Shown: positions 1-8,702, counted from the stretch's first letter. The stretch: DNA of 23,639 nucleotides from Prasinococcaceae sp. CCMP 1430 (GCA_013416795.1 RQSC01000028.1:2787-26425); one strand, 5' to 3'. The notes: generated by a model not told the origin, from the sequence alone. Numbers and translations are program-made.

Positions 1-1946
1 GCGCCGCCCGCCGCCGGCGAGGCTGCGCCGCGCGCCGCCGGCCACGAAGTGCACGTTCTCCACGAAGGACTGCGAGAGCGTGTTGCCCACCTTGTCCTCC
101 AGCTCCATCGACTCGAGGCCCCAGATGCCGGGCGCGCTGCCGGCGGGCAGCACCACGGTGATGACGTACGGCGCCCACGCGGTGGGGTCGCCCTGGAAAA
201 AGGTGGTGTGGAAGTTGTCGTGGTAGTGGTACTCGAAGTGGGATGTGCCCTGCGGGTCGAGCAGTCGGTAGTTCACGTGGCCCAGCCCGGACTTGTCGTC
301 GCGCGCGAAGTACTCGATGCGCACCAACGTCTCGCCGTTGGGCGCCTCGGGGTTGGTGGGCGCCGCACTCACGTTCAGGTATCCCACGCGGACGTCCAGC
401 TCGGGCGCCGTGCGATCCGGATTGGGCGGCTCGATCTCCACCAGCACGGGCGGCTGGTGGCCCGCCTGATCGAGGAAGGTCGTGCTGGCCTTCCTGAGCG
501 CCTCGTCCTGCATGGTGATCTCCGACACGGAGTAGTTGCCAGGCCACTGAAACTCCGTCAGGACGGTGCTGAGCGTCGCACGGTAGCACACCACGGCCGT
601 GTCGACGCCCGCCGGCGTGGCGTAGCCGCTGCACTCGTCGCTGGCGACGACGCTGCCGTACTCCTGCATCCCGTACGTGTTTTGCCCCGGCTGATCGCTG
701 ACAACGCGCATGTACGTGTAGTCGACATCGTTCTTCTCCAGCAGCAGCCAACTGGCGACGAAGTTGTGCACGGCGTGCCCCTCAAGCACGTCCTCGACGC
801 TGGTCGCCGTGAGCGAGCCCTCGATGTACAGAGGTGCGGCCTTGTCCTCAAGCGGATTGTCCACGTGCAGGCGCCAGCCAAAGTCGTTGGTGCCGGCGAA
901 GCGCTGGTTGCCGACGGTGTCCGTCAGGACGATCTGCGCGGGCGCCCACAGGCCGCTCGTGGCGAAGCGCGACAAGGTGAATGTGTTCGCCAGCACCGAG
1001 GTGTTTCCGTCCTTGGGGTACAGATAAACGTCTGTGTACGTGTCGTCCTCGCTGAAGAGCCGGAAGAAGGCATGCTGGGCGCCGTCGAACACGCCGTCGG
1101 CGGTGTGCAGCGCAATTTCCACGTGCACGCGCTTGTCCTCCTCGGGCGCCCCCTCGACGGCGATGTCCACCCTCACAATGCGGCCGGGGTAGACGAAGTC
1201 CGGCGCCAGGTTGAGCACCTCGAATGTCAGGTCCTCGCGCAGCCGCGAGACGTAGCGGTAGCCGCTCATGATGCGATCGCGGATGAAGTCGTACTTGTCC
1301 GGGCAGCAGGCCTGCAACCTGGCGGGGTTTTCGACGTAGTACGACAGGCTCTCGGCCTGAGTCAGGCCGCGCGGGAACGGGCGGCGCAGGCAGCTCCCGT
1401 CAGCGCAGCGCATGCGCAGCGATGGCGTGCGAGTGCGCAGCTTTGCAACGGACCATGTCCTCGTCGGGATTCTTCTCGTGGGCGTAGGCTGTCACGAAGG
1501 TCGTTTGCTCTGTGGTGGACCAGCCCGAGGTGGCGTTGGGGTCCACGAACCAGCCCCCCAGCGACGTCCAGTTGGCTCGCAGGCCCTCGCTGAAGAGGTG
1601 CGACCACATGAAGTGCGCCTTCTCGTGCAGGATCAGTCGGCGGAGGTGGCGGATGTCCGAGCGGAAGCCCGACTCCATGAATTCGACGTAGCCCCTGCCA
1701 GTCCAAGCCACAGCGGGCGCCAGCGGATACAGTGGGTGCGGGTAGCCGTCCTTGCGCCGCAGGCACCAATCGAAGCCAGGCACGACGTGAAAGCCCGATG
1801 GGAGCTCCTCAAGCATCTCGAGCAGGAGCAGCGCCTCCTCTGGATGCGTCTCGAACGGCTGGAAGGCGGCGGCGGTGTCGTCGGTGATGCCCGAGGTCAG
1901 GCTCACGTACGTCGAGTTCGGCGCGGCGGCGGGCGCGGCGGCGGGC
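1..1946 (-). CDS. Bacterial-type HExxH zinc metallopeptidase with C-terminal beta-sandwich-like repeats; partial at both ends; exons 1454..~1946 and <1..1356
   Basis: Manual minus-strand translation gives ...LILHEKAHFMW...FVTAYAHEKNPDEDM|AESLSYYVENPARLQACCPDKYDFIRDRIMSGYRYVSRLREDLTFEV...DRTAPELDV...GIWGLESMELEDKVGN...ENVHF. The frame stays open to the window edge (452 codons in 1..1356). A phase-0 GT..CAG intron at 1357-1453 restores the EDM|AES motif. The 5' end is lost at the 1921-1946 repeat. Confidence 0.8.
1357..1453 (-). other. Spliceosomal intron (97 bp) in the metallopeptidase gene
   Basis: GTCCGT donor, CTGAC branch-like motifs, CTCAG acceptor. Removal joins the two exons in frame and removes an in-frame TGA. 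Confidence 0.85.
1921..1946. repeat. 26-bp direct repeat, copy 1 (gcgcggcggcgggcgcggcggcgggc)
   Basis: Identical to 3935-3960 by direct comparison; built from a 12-mer gcggcggcgggc unit. Confidence 0.9.
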
Positions 1947-2164
1947 CGCACTAGGTCAGCGGCGAATCGCCCCGCAGAGGCCTCGGTGGGAGTCGGGAGG
2001 GGGGGTATGTGTGTGTGTGGGGGGGGGTCGCATCGGCCCGCCGCAGCGCGTCGGCGGAGCGCGGGCGTGGGCGCGCGCAGCGTCGGGCGTCCCTGCGCGG
2101 CGCCGAGGCGCCCCTCCGTGCGCCCGCTGTACGCTCCCCGCTGTACGCTCTCGACGCGGCGCAC

Positions 2165-2269
2165 CTTTTCGCACAGCGCCTTGATCTCCCTCTCAGGGAT
2201 GAGCTCGAACTCCTGTAGCCGGCTGATGATGCCCTCAATCTGCGGGATCTCCGCCGAGGAGAGCGGCAT
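2165..2269 (-). CDS. PP2A: PP2A catalytic subunit, first coding exon (35 aa), displaced downstream of exon 2
   Basis: MPLSSAEIPQIEGIISRLQEFELIPEREIKALCEK followed by a GTGCGC donor. Aligns by eye with the PP2A N-terminus ([26 protein letters not shown]). The ATG is preceded by a CTGAC...CGCAG|CC acceptor, i.e. a 5'-UTR intron. Confidence 0.8.
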
Positions 2270-2402
2270 GGCTGCGATGCCGCGGGCGCGCAGTGGGTCA
2301 GCGCACCGCCCCCGTGCCCGCGGCCGTGCGCTCGCGCGCCACCGCCGCTGGGCGGGGCGGGTCACCCCTAAAAAAAAAAACGACCGCCCACCCCAAAAAA
2401 AG

Positions 2403-2921
2403 ATGGTGTTCGGCGTGACCTCCGCCATGATCGTCAAGGACTCGTACGTCAAGATCTTCTCGCGCGACTGCTCCGAGTGCTTCGGGTTCGGCAAGATCGT
2501 CTGCAAGCACTGCCGGGGGACGGGGGTGCTCGACAAGACGCGCGGGGGCAAGGACGCCAAGGCGTTCCAGAGCGCCGACCAGCTGGCCGTCAGCGAGAAC
2601 GAGTACCTCTGCCCCTTCTGCCAGGGCGACGGCGTGGTGACCTGCAAGCGCTGCAACGGCTCGGGCATGGCGCACTCGCCCGTGCCCAACCTCGACAGGC
2701 TGTTCATGTCCAAGGGGCCGCAGTTCGACCGCACGATCCGCCTGCAGAAGCTCAAGACCAAGGCCACCGAGCTCGGCGCGGTGGCGTCGAACATGGTCAA
2801 GACCAAAGGGGGGGCGGGCGCGGACGGGGCGGGGGCGGGCGGGAGCGGCGGGGCGGGGGGGAGGTTCAGCGTGAGCGCGAGCGACACGGACGCGCTGCCG
2901 AGCGACGCCGCGCTCGGGTGA
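2403..2921 (+). CDS. DnaJ-like zinc-finger protein (four CxxCxGxG repeats, no J domain); N-terminus possibly incomplete
   Basis: CSECFGFG, CKHCRGTG, CPFCQGDG and CKRCNGSG motifs after a short hydrophobic stretch; strong GC3 bias. Resembles the plant/algal BSD2/ORANGE/LQY1-type class. Confidence 0.8.
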   Translation: MVFGVTSAMIVKDSYVKIFSRDCSECFGFGKIVCKHCRGTGVLDKTRGGKDAKAFQSADQLAVSENEYLCPFCQGDGVVTCKRCNGSGMAHSPVPNLDRLFMSKGPQFDRTIRLQKLKTKATELGAVASNMVKTKGGAGADGAGAGGSGGAGGRFSVSASDTDALPSDAALG

Positions 2922-3093
2922 GCCGGCGGGCGCTCGAGCCGTGAAATTCGTTCGCTGTTACCACACCGACCGCGTCGACGCGCCGCCCGACGCCCGACGC
3001 CCGACGTCCCCCCCGCCCCCCCCCGCGCTCGCCCGCACACCCACACGCACCCGCTGCCGCCGCTGCCGCCCCGAGGAAGCCTCCCTCGCTCGC

Positions 3094-3921
3094 CTACAGG
3101 AAGTAGGACGGCGCCCTGCGCGTGACCTCCGGCCTCCCCCTGCGCGGCGCCTGCTCGAAGCTGGTGAGCGTGGTGTTCATGGGCTCGTCCACCTCCATGA
3201 TGGCGCCCAGGTTGCCGCATCGGTAGCAGTAGTTGGGCGCGCTGAACACCGTGATGACGTTCTTGTTGTGCGCCCAGTTGTAGCCCTCCATCACCAGCTG
3301 GTGCGCGCGCACGACCAGGCTGAGCCCGTTCTTGTAGTTGAACTGCTCGGTGATGTCCTGCCCGAAGGTGTACCCCGCGCCGCGCGGGCTGATGCCCCAG
3401 CCCATGCGCTCGTCGGGGTCGCTCCACACGAGGTCGCACATGGGCCCCTCGTGCGGCACCTCGGTGAAGCGGTCCATCGACTGAATCTGGTCGATGGTGT
3501 CGAGGCTCGGGCTGAGGCCGCCGTGCGGGCAGAAGAGCTGGTTCTCCACGAGCGCCGCCAGCGGCAGCATGTCGAAGAGGTCGGTGAAGTAGTTCCACAC
3601 GCTGGCGCTGCCGTACTTGCGCACGCACTCGTCGTAGAAGCCGTACACCTGCGTGATCTGCCGCGACTCGTGGTTGCCGCGCGTGAGGGTGACGCGGTTG
3701 GGGTACCGCACCTTCATGGCGAGCACCAGCGCCACGCACTCCACCGAGTAGTACCCTCGGTCCACGTAGTCCCCCATGAAGCAGTAGTTGGTGTCGGGGC
3801 ACGGCCCGCCGATCTTGAAGAGCTCGAGCACGTCGTGGAACTGGCCGTGCACGTCGCCCACGAGCGTCACGGGGGCTCGCACGGGCACCACATTGGGCTC
3901 CTCGCGGAACAGCTCGGTGGC
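3094..3921 (-). CDS. PP2A: PP2A catalytic subunit, exon 2 (275 aa + stop)
   Basis: GDVHGQ, GDYVDRG, RGNHE, HGG, RAHQ and [14 protein letters not shown] motifs. PP2A-specific GYTFGQDI...GYNWAH and a C-terminal ...RRAPSYFL. Confidence 0.96.
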   Translation of the reverse strand, partial: ATELFREEPNVVPVRAPVTLVGDVHGQFHDVLELFKIGGPCPDTNYCFMGDYVDRGYYSVECVALVLAMKVRYPNRVTLTRGNHESRQITQVYGFYDECVRKYGSASVWNYFTDLFDMLPLAALVENQLFCPHGGLSPSLDTIDQIQSMDRFTEVPHEGPMCDLVWSDPDERMGWGISPRGAGYTFGQDITEQFNYKNGLSLVVRAHQLVMEGYNWAHNKNVITVFSAPNYCYRCGNLGAIMEVDEPMNTTLTSFEQAPRRGRPEVTRRAPSYFL

Positions 3922-3934
3922 CTTGCCGGCGCGC

Positions 3935-3960
3935 GCGCGGCGGCGGGCGCGGCGGCGGGC
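3935..3960. repeat. 26-bp direct repeat, copy 2, at the edge of an N-gap
   Basis: Identical to 1921-1946; lies in the 3' part of the PP2A intron. Confidence 0.9.
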
Positions 3961-3961
3961 G

Positions 3962-4445
3962 NNNNNNNNNNNNNNNNNNNNNNNNNNNNNNNNNNNNNNN
4001 NNNNNNNNNNNNNNNNNNNNNNNNNNNNNNNNNNNNNNNNNNNNNNNNNNNNNNNNNNNNNNNNNNNNNNNNNNNNNNNNNNNNNNNNNNNNNNNNNNNN
4101 NNNNNNNNNNNNNNNNNNNNNNNNNNNNNNNNNNNNNNNNNNNNNNNNNNNNNNNNNNNNNNNNNNNNNNNNNNNNNNNNNNNNNNNNNNNNNNNNNNNN
4201 NNNNNNNNNNNNNNNNNNNNNNNNNNNNNNNNNNNNNNNNNNNNNNNNNNNNNNNNNNNNNNNNNNNNNNNNNNNNNNNNNNNNNNNNNNNNNNNNNNNN
4301 NNNNNNNNNNNNNNNNNNNNNNNNNNNNNNNNNNNNNNNNNNNNNNNNNNNNNNNNNNNNNNNNNNNNNNNNNNNNNNNNNNNNNNNNNNNNNNNNNNNN
4401 NNNNNNNNNNNNNNNNNNNNNNNNNNNNNNNNNNNNNNNNNNNNN
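3962..4445. other. Assembly gap (N run)
   Basis: N characters, flanked by GC repeats and poly-C. Confidence 1.
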
Positions 4446-4644
4446 CCCCCCCCCCACCTCTCCGCGCGCGCTCGCTGTGGCCGCGGTGCCCCCCCGCGGC
4501 CCCCGCCCCCCCACCCCCGCTGGCCTCCCGCCCGCCAATTTGGCTTTTGTCGTGTTTCATGCGCTCGCTCGCCTCCGCGGCGATCGCAGGGAACTCAGCT
4601 GAACGCACACCCTTCAAAGAATGACGACCGTAAACATCGCAAAC

Positions 4645-4656
4645 AGGGTTAGGGTT
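4645..4656. repeat. Short telomere-like motif AGGGTTAGGGTT
   Basis: Two TTAGGG-type units in an AT-richer intergenic patch; function unknown. Confidence 0.4.
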
Positions 4657-4742
4657 GGGGCGCACACGACGCGCAGTGCGAGACCGCAACAACACCACGG
4701 GAGTCGAAGAGTGATTACGGCGGGGGCCCCCGTCGGCGCGGT

Positions 4743-6557
4743 TCAGGCGCCGCTCGCCGCACTGACCACCTCGGCCTCCCGCCCCTCCTCGGCTCGAGCG
4801 CGCTCCCCCTCTGCGACGGCGGCGAAGAACCGCTCCAGCTGGGCGCTGTGCTTCGCGCGCGCGGCCTCCTCTTGCGCGGAGCCCGCCGGCCAGCTGGTCA
4901 CGCCGCACGCGTCGCAGTCGCCCCGCTCGCACGCGCCGTGGTCCGCGCGCAGCGAGTATCCTGCCGCCTGCATTTCCGTGAGGGCGGACGCGTACTCGTA
5001 CAGCCGCCGGTCGAGGTGCGTCCTCTCCGCGAGCAGTGCGCGCGCCTCCGCCTCTCGCGCGGGATCCGAGCGCAGCGCCTCCTCCACCTTGTTCAGGGAG
5101 GTGTCGTTCCAGCTCTTCGCCGGAGCGAAGCCCGATCCCTTGAAGTTCCTCCCATCGACGTCCACGAGCCTGGCGGGCCACCCGAAGGCACACCGCAGAG
5201 GCTCTATCGACTGCCTCATGCGCTCGGTGACCAGCACGTGGTCGAAGCGCCCCAGCCTGTGCAGCGCGGTGAACAGGTGCTCGGGATTGACGTTGTCGAC
5301 GCCTTGCTCACCCGTGAGGCGCTGCACCTGCTCGTTGTACCGGAACTTGTTGCCACTTCCCCCCGCCAGGAAGTCCGCGAACGCCGCGCTCGAGTTGACC
5401 TCGAGGCGATGTCGCACCCATCGCGACACGGCGTAGGCGCTCGGGTCGCGCACCACGGTGGCAGTCCGCACGCGCCCGCCGGTGTAGAGTCCCCATGTGG
5501 GCTGCCACCCTTCCAGCGCGAAGTTTCTCTGCGCGCGGTGCTTGCCGTGGATGAGCCTGCATTGCTCAGCCACGTTGGCTCCCTTGAGCTCGCCGTCGAT
5601 CTCCCCTCCCAACATCCCCAGGTTGCAGTTCCACGTGTGCACGGCACCGCCTGCGTCGGGCGATCGCGGCATGGCCAGGCCATTGAGTTCTGCCGTCGTG
5701 CACAGCGTCGAGCCGCCGGTGTAACTCATGTGGAAGAAGAAGAGCCGCAGCTCTCCCTCTCGCGCGTCGCCGCCGGCAGCGGCTCCCCCATGGCCGGGCT
5801 GATGCGCGCGCGGCGGCGGCGGCGGCTTGCCGACGCGGTCGTAGCGCTCCGCCGAGCGCACCACGCCCAGCGACGCCGACGGCGGCACCTGCACCTCCCA
5901 AGTGATGCCGCGCCTGCCATCGGTCAATGCGCTGGCGCTCGCATTGGCGGCGCCTACGCCGGCCGGCGCGGGGGTCGCCCCGCTGCTCCTGAGGCCGCTC
6001 AGCGCGCGCCGCAGGGTCGCCTCCCACCTGCGCGCGCCGCCCCTGCGGCTCGCCCCGCCGGCGCGCCTCGAGCCGCTGTAGTACTTGGCGCACGAGCGCC
6101 GGAACTCGTCGCCGTCCGCGCGCGACCACTCCAATCGCGCTCTCGAGCCGCCGCGCCCGCCGCCGCGCACGCGCGCCGCCGCCTCGGTGCGCTCGCGCGC
6201 GATTGCCGCTCTCGCTCTCGCGCTCCCGCCAGCGATCGCGGCGCCACCCGGCAGCCCCACGCGTCCCTCCTGGCGTGCCCGGGCAGCCGCCGCATCGACG
6301 GCCGGGCGCGCTTTCGCCGCGTTCGGAGAAAGCCACAGCCTCGAGTCTCCCGGCACCTGCTGCAGCGCCCGCGTGCCGACTCCCTCGCCCGCGTATCGGA
6401 GGTAGGGCCCAGCGCCCGCGCGCGCCACCACCGAGGCCACCGCCAAGAGCGCGCCGAGCGCCACAGCTGCCGCCGCCGCCGCCGCCACCGCCGCACCCCC
6501 GCCGCCGCACCGCCACCGCGATCGCTGCTGCCGCGCGCCAACCCCACCGCCGCCCAT
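4743..6557 (-). CDS. Type II membrane (Golgi-type) sulfotransferase-like protein, ~604 aa if unspliced
   Basis: N-terminal hydrophobic anchor (AVALGALLAVASVVA), low-complexity stem, 5'-PSB-like FFHMSYTGGST, 3'-PB-like TVVRDPSAYAVS, NEQVQRL, FDHVLVTE and C-terminal DRRLYEYA. An intron in the low-complexity stem cannot be excluded. Confidence 0.75.
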   Translation of the reverse strand: MGGGGVGARQQRSRWRCGGGGAAVAAAAAAAVALGALLAVASVVARAGAGPYLRYAGEGVGTRALQQVPGDSRLWLSPNAAKARPAVDAAAARARQEGRVGLPGGAAIAGGSARARAAIARERTEAAARVRGGGRGGSRARLEWSRADGDEFRRSCAKYYSGSRRAGGASRRGGARRWEATLRRALSGLRSSGATPAPAGVGAANASASALTDGRRGITWEVQVPPSASLGVVRSAERYDRVGKPPPPPRAHQPGHGGAAAGGDAREGELRLFFFHMSYTGGSTLCTTAELNGLAMPRSPDAGGAVHTWNCNLGMLGGEIDGELKGANVAEQCRLIHGKHRAQRNFALEGWQPTWGLYTGGRVRTATVVRDPSAYAVSRWVRHRLEVNSSAAFADFLAGGSGNKFRYNEQVQRLTGEQGVDNVNPEHLFTALHRLGRFDHVLVTERMRQSIEPLRCAFGWPARLVDVDGRNFKGSGFAPAKSWNDTSLNKVEEALRSDPAREAEARALLAERTHLDRRLYEYASALTEMQAAGYSLRADHGACERGDCDACGVTSWPAGSAQEEAARAKHSAQLERFFAAVAEGERARAEEGREAEVVSAASGA

Positions 6558-6617
6558 CGCCCCACCAGGGCTGACGCCCGTGGATGGGGAGAGGGTGGGT
6601 GGGTGGGTGGGGGGGGG

Positions 6618-7039
6618 NNNNNNNNNNNNNNNNNNNNNNNNNNNNNNNNNNNNNNNNNNNNNNNNNNNNNNNNNNNNNNNNNNNNNNNNNNNNNNNNNNN
6701 NNNNNNNNNNNNNNNNNNNNNNNNNNNNNNNNNNNNNNNNNNNNNNNNNNNNNNNNNNNNNNNNNNNNNNNNNNNNNNNNNNNNNNNNNNNNNNNNNNNN
6801 NNNNNNNNNNNNNNNNNNNNNNNNNNNNNNNNNNNNNNNNNNNNNNNNNNNNNNNNNNNNNNNNNNNNNNNNNNNNNNNNNNNNNNNNNNNNNNNNNNNN
6901 NNNNNNNNNNNNNNNNNNNNNNNNNNNNNNNNNNNNNNNNNNNNNNNNNNNNNNNNNNNNNNNNNNNNNNNNNNNNNNNNNNNNNNNNNNNNNNNNNNNN
7001 NNNNNNNNNNNNNNNNNNNNNNNNNNNNNNNNNNNNNNN
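6618..7039. other. Assembly gap (N run)
   Basis: N characters after a poly-G run. Confidence 1.
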
Positions 7040-7040
7040 C

Positions 7041-7301
7041 GGCTGGCGCGACACGGTCGTCGCGCTGGCTGGCCAGCGCCGGCGCGTGACGAGGATGGCG
7101 AGTCGCCTGCGTGTTCGCGTGGCTGCGTCGGCGCTGGAGAGGTGGTGTGACTTCGTGTCCGAGGCCGCGCACATGCGCGTGGTGCTTGGCCGCGCCGCTG
7201 TCCGTCTGGCGAAGCGTCAGCTTTCGGGCGCTTTCGGCTGCTGGCTCAACGCTGTTCAGAGCGGGCGTGATATACGTGCCAAGCACGCACGTATGGCGAG
7301 G
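7041..7301 (+). CDS. Sfi1-like (centrin-binding) repeat fragment
   Basis: Trp codons at 7044, 7143 and 7242, exactly 33 residues apart. The third repeat fits A-x7-(L)L-x3-F-x2-W (AAVRLAKRQLSGAFGCW). Confidence 0.55.
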
Positions 7302-7982
7302 TTCCTCGTGCGCGCCGTGCTGCCGAGCTGCACGGGGCTGTGCGTTTCGGAGGGGGAGCTCGAGCAGGCGCTCACGAGCGTGGAGACGCATGCGGAGGGA
7401 GGCGCGATGGAAGGGACCGCGGGCGCGGTCGGGCGGGTGCGTCGGTCCCCCACGGACCTCCGCAGGCGCGCCGCAGCGGACGTCGACGCGCTGCTGTCGC
7501 TCGGCGCGCTCGCGCGACGCCTCGACTTCGAGGCGAGCCGCTCGTACTGGTTCGCGCTGCCCGGCCGTGGGGGCGCCCTGCGCGCGCTCGCTGACGGGCG
7601 GGCGGAGCTTGCCGCGTGGCTGCGCAAGAAGAAGTTCAAGGAGGTGAGCGCGGCCGCGTCGCCTCGCTTCTCGCCTCGCGCCTCGCCTCGCGCCCAGCGT
7701 AGCCTCGCTCGCTGACGCGCGTAGCCTCGCTCGCTGACGCGCGTTTCCTCGCGCGCGCCTCTCGCGCTCGACGCGGCAGGCGCTGCGCGCCGACGTGCAC
7801 GCGGTCCCGCTGCGCCGCGCGCAGGTGCCCGCGGAGTACGTCGCCCTCGACATGCTTGGCGGCGGGCTGCTGCTGGCGGTGCCCACGCCCAAGGGCGAGG
7901 CCCTCCGGCTCTCGCGCAAGTGCGCCGAGGCGCGCGCCGAGCAACACCCCGCCGCGCTCGCGCGCGCGCGCCCCCGCGTCCA
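7302..7982 (+). CDS. STK19: STK19-like winged-helix protein, C-terminal half; exons ~7302..7643 and 7780..>7920
   Basis: SYWFALPGRGGALRALADGRAELAAWLRKKKFKE|ALRADVHAVPLRRAQVPAEYVALDMLGGGLLLAVPTPKGEALRL matches the STK19 pattern (SWWLAVPGAG...GRQAVLSMVRKAKYRE...YHVHDLIGAQLV...TTSGTLLRL). Phase-0 GTGAGC..GGCAG intron at 7644-7779. Confidence 0.75.
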
Positions 7983-8025
7983 NNNNNNNNNNNNNNNNNN
8001 NNNNNNNNNNNNNNNNNNNNNNNNN
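7983..8025. other. Assembly gap (N run)
   Basis: N characters. Confidence 1.
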
Positions 8026-8206
8026 GCGGGCGACGGCGCGGCGCGCGCCACGCCTCCTCCCCCTCCCCCACCCACCCACCTGCCGCGCCGCGCCACGGCC
8101 GCGCGGCGGGCCAGGTTCACGCAGCGTCAGAAGTTGGACGTGGGGGTTGGCAACATTTACAGTAGTCAGTCGAATCATCGTCCTCGTCCCCGTGCATGAG
8201 CAGCTC

Positions 8207-8299
8207 CTAGATGCCCTGCTCGCCACCTTCATCGATGTCCTCGGCGTACAGCGCGCCGTCCTCGGTATCGAGGACCTCCTCCTCGGCGTCCACGACGCA
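8207..8299 (-). pseudogene. Orphan acidic coding fragment (CVVDAEEEVLDTEDGALYAEDIDEGGEQGI*), a last exon or decayed ORF
   Basis: Host-like GC3 codon usage. Coding-like sequence continues past the TAG (ELLMHGDEDDDSTDY). TGTAA on the minus strand at 8157-8161. No upstream exon identified. Confidence 0.35.
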
Positions 8300-8300
8300 C

Positions 8301-8372
8301 TACTCTAGCTAGCACCAGTCTAGTCTCTAGCTAGCACTCACTCTAGAGCTAGTTTAGTGACTAGTCTAGTCC
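8301..8372. repeat. CTAG-rich low-complexity tract
   Basis: Nine CTAG tetramers starting at 8305, 8309, 8320, 8327, 8331, 8343, 8349, 8361 and 8366; ctctagctagcac occurs twice. Confidence 0.85.
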
Positions 8373-8660
8373 TACGATTTTCATGCCCTTTCTCGTCATT
8401 TCTACTATTGGCAAAAGCTGCATGCCAGCTGGGCCGCTGGCACCCCGTGCCTCGTTTCGAATTTTTTTTGAATCCGAACCAGATGCGGCGCGGGTGGTCA
8501 CGCAGGAAATGGCTCGTTGAAGGGTGGCAAAGAGGTCGATCCGAGTTTGCTCCAAAGAATGTGAATGAAAGTCGTCAACGCACACACCCAACTTTGGCGC
8601 GCTCGCTCGCTCGCTCGTGGCCGCAGCCTCGACTGAGGCGCGTGACTGGCATTGACAGCG

Positions 8661-8702
8661 GCAGCCGCAGCCACAGCCACAGCCGCAGCCGCAGCCACAG
8701 CG
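8661..8702. repeat. (GCAGCC/ACAGCC)n hexamer microsatellite
   Basis: About seven imperfect tandem hexamers. Confidence 0.8.

Noticed and set aside
49-1593. 514-aa plus-strand ORF and the many other Arg/Ala/Gly/Pro-rich ORFs
   Set aside because: Antisense or off-frame shadows of real genes in very GC-rich DNA; no motifs.
1951-2269. PP2A exon 1 spliced to the peptidase via the TAG at 1951-1953
   Set aside because: Exon 1 ends in phase 0 but the peptidase frame after that TAG is phase 1, so there is no in-frame fusion.
1400-3802. 800-aa minus-strand ORF as one protein
   Set aside because: It is a chance read-through of antisense zinc-finger sequence, PP2A exon 1, intron sequence and the peptidase exon.
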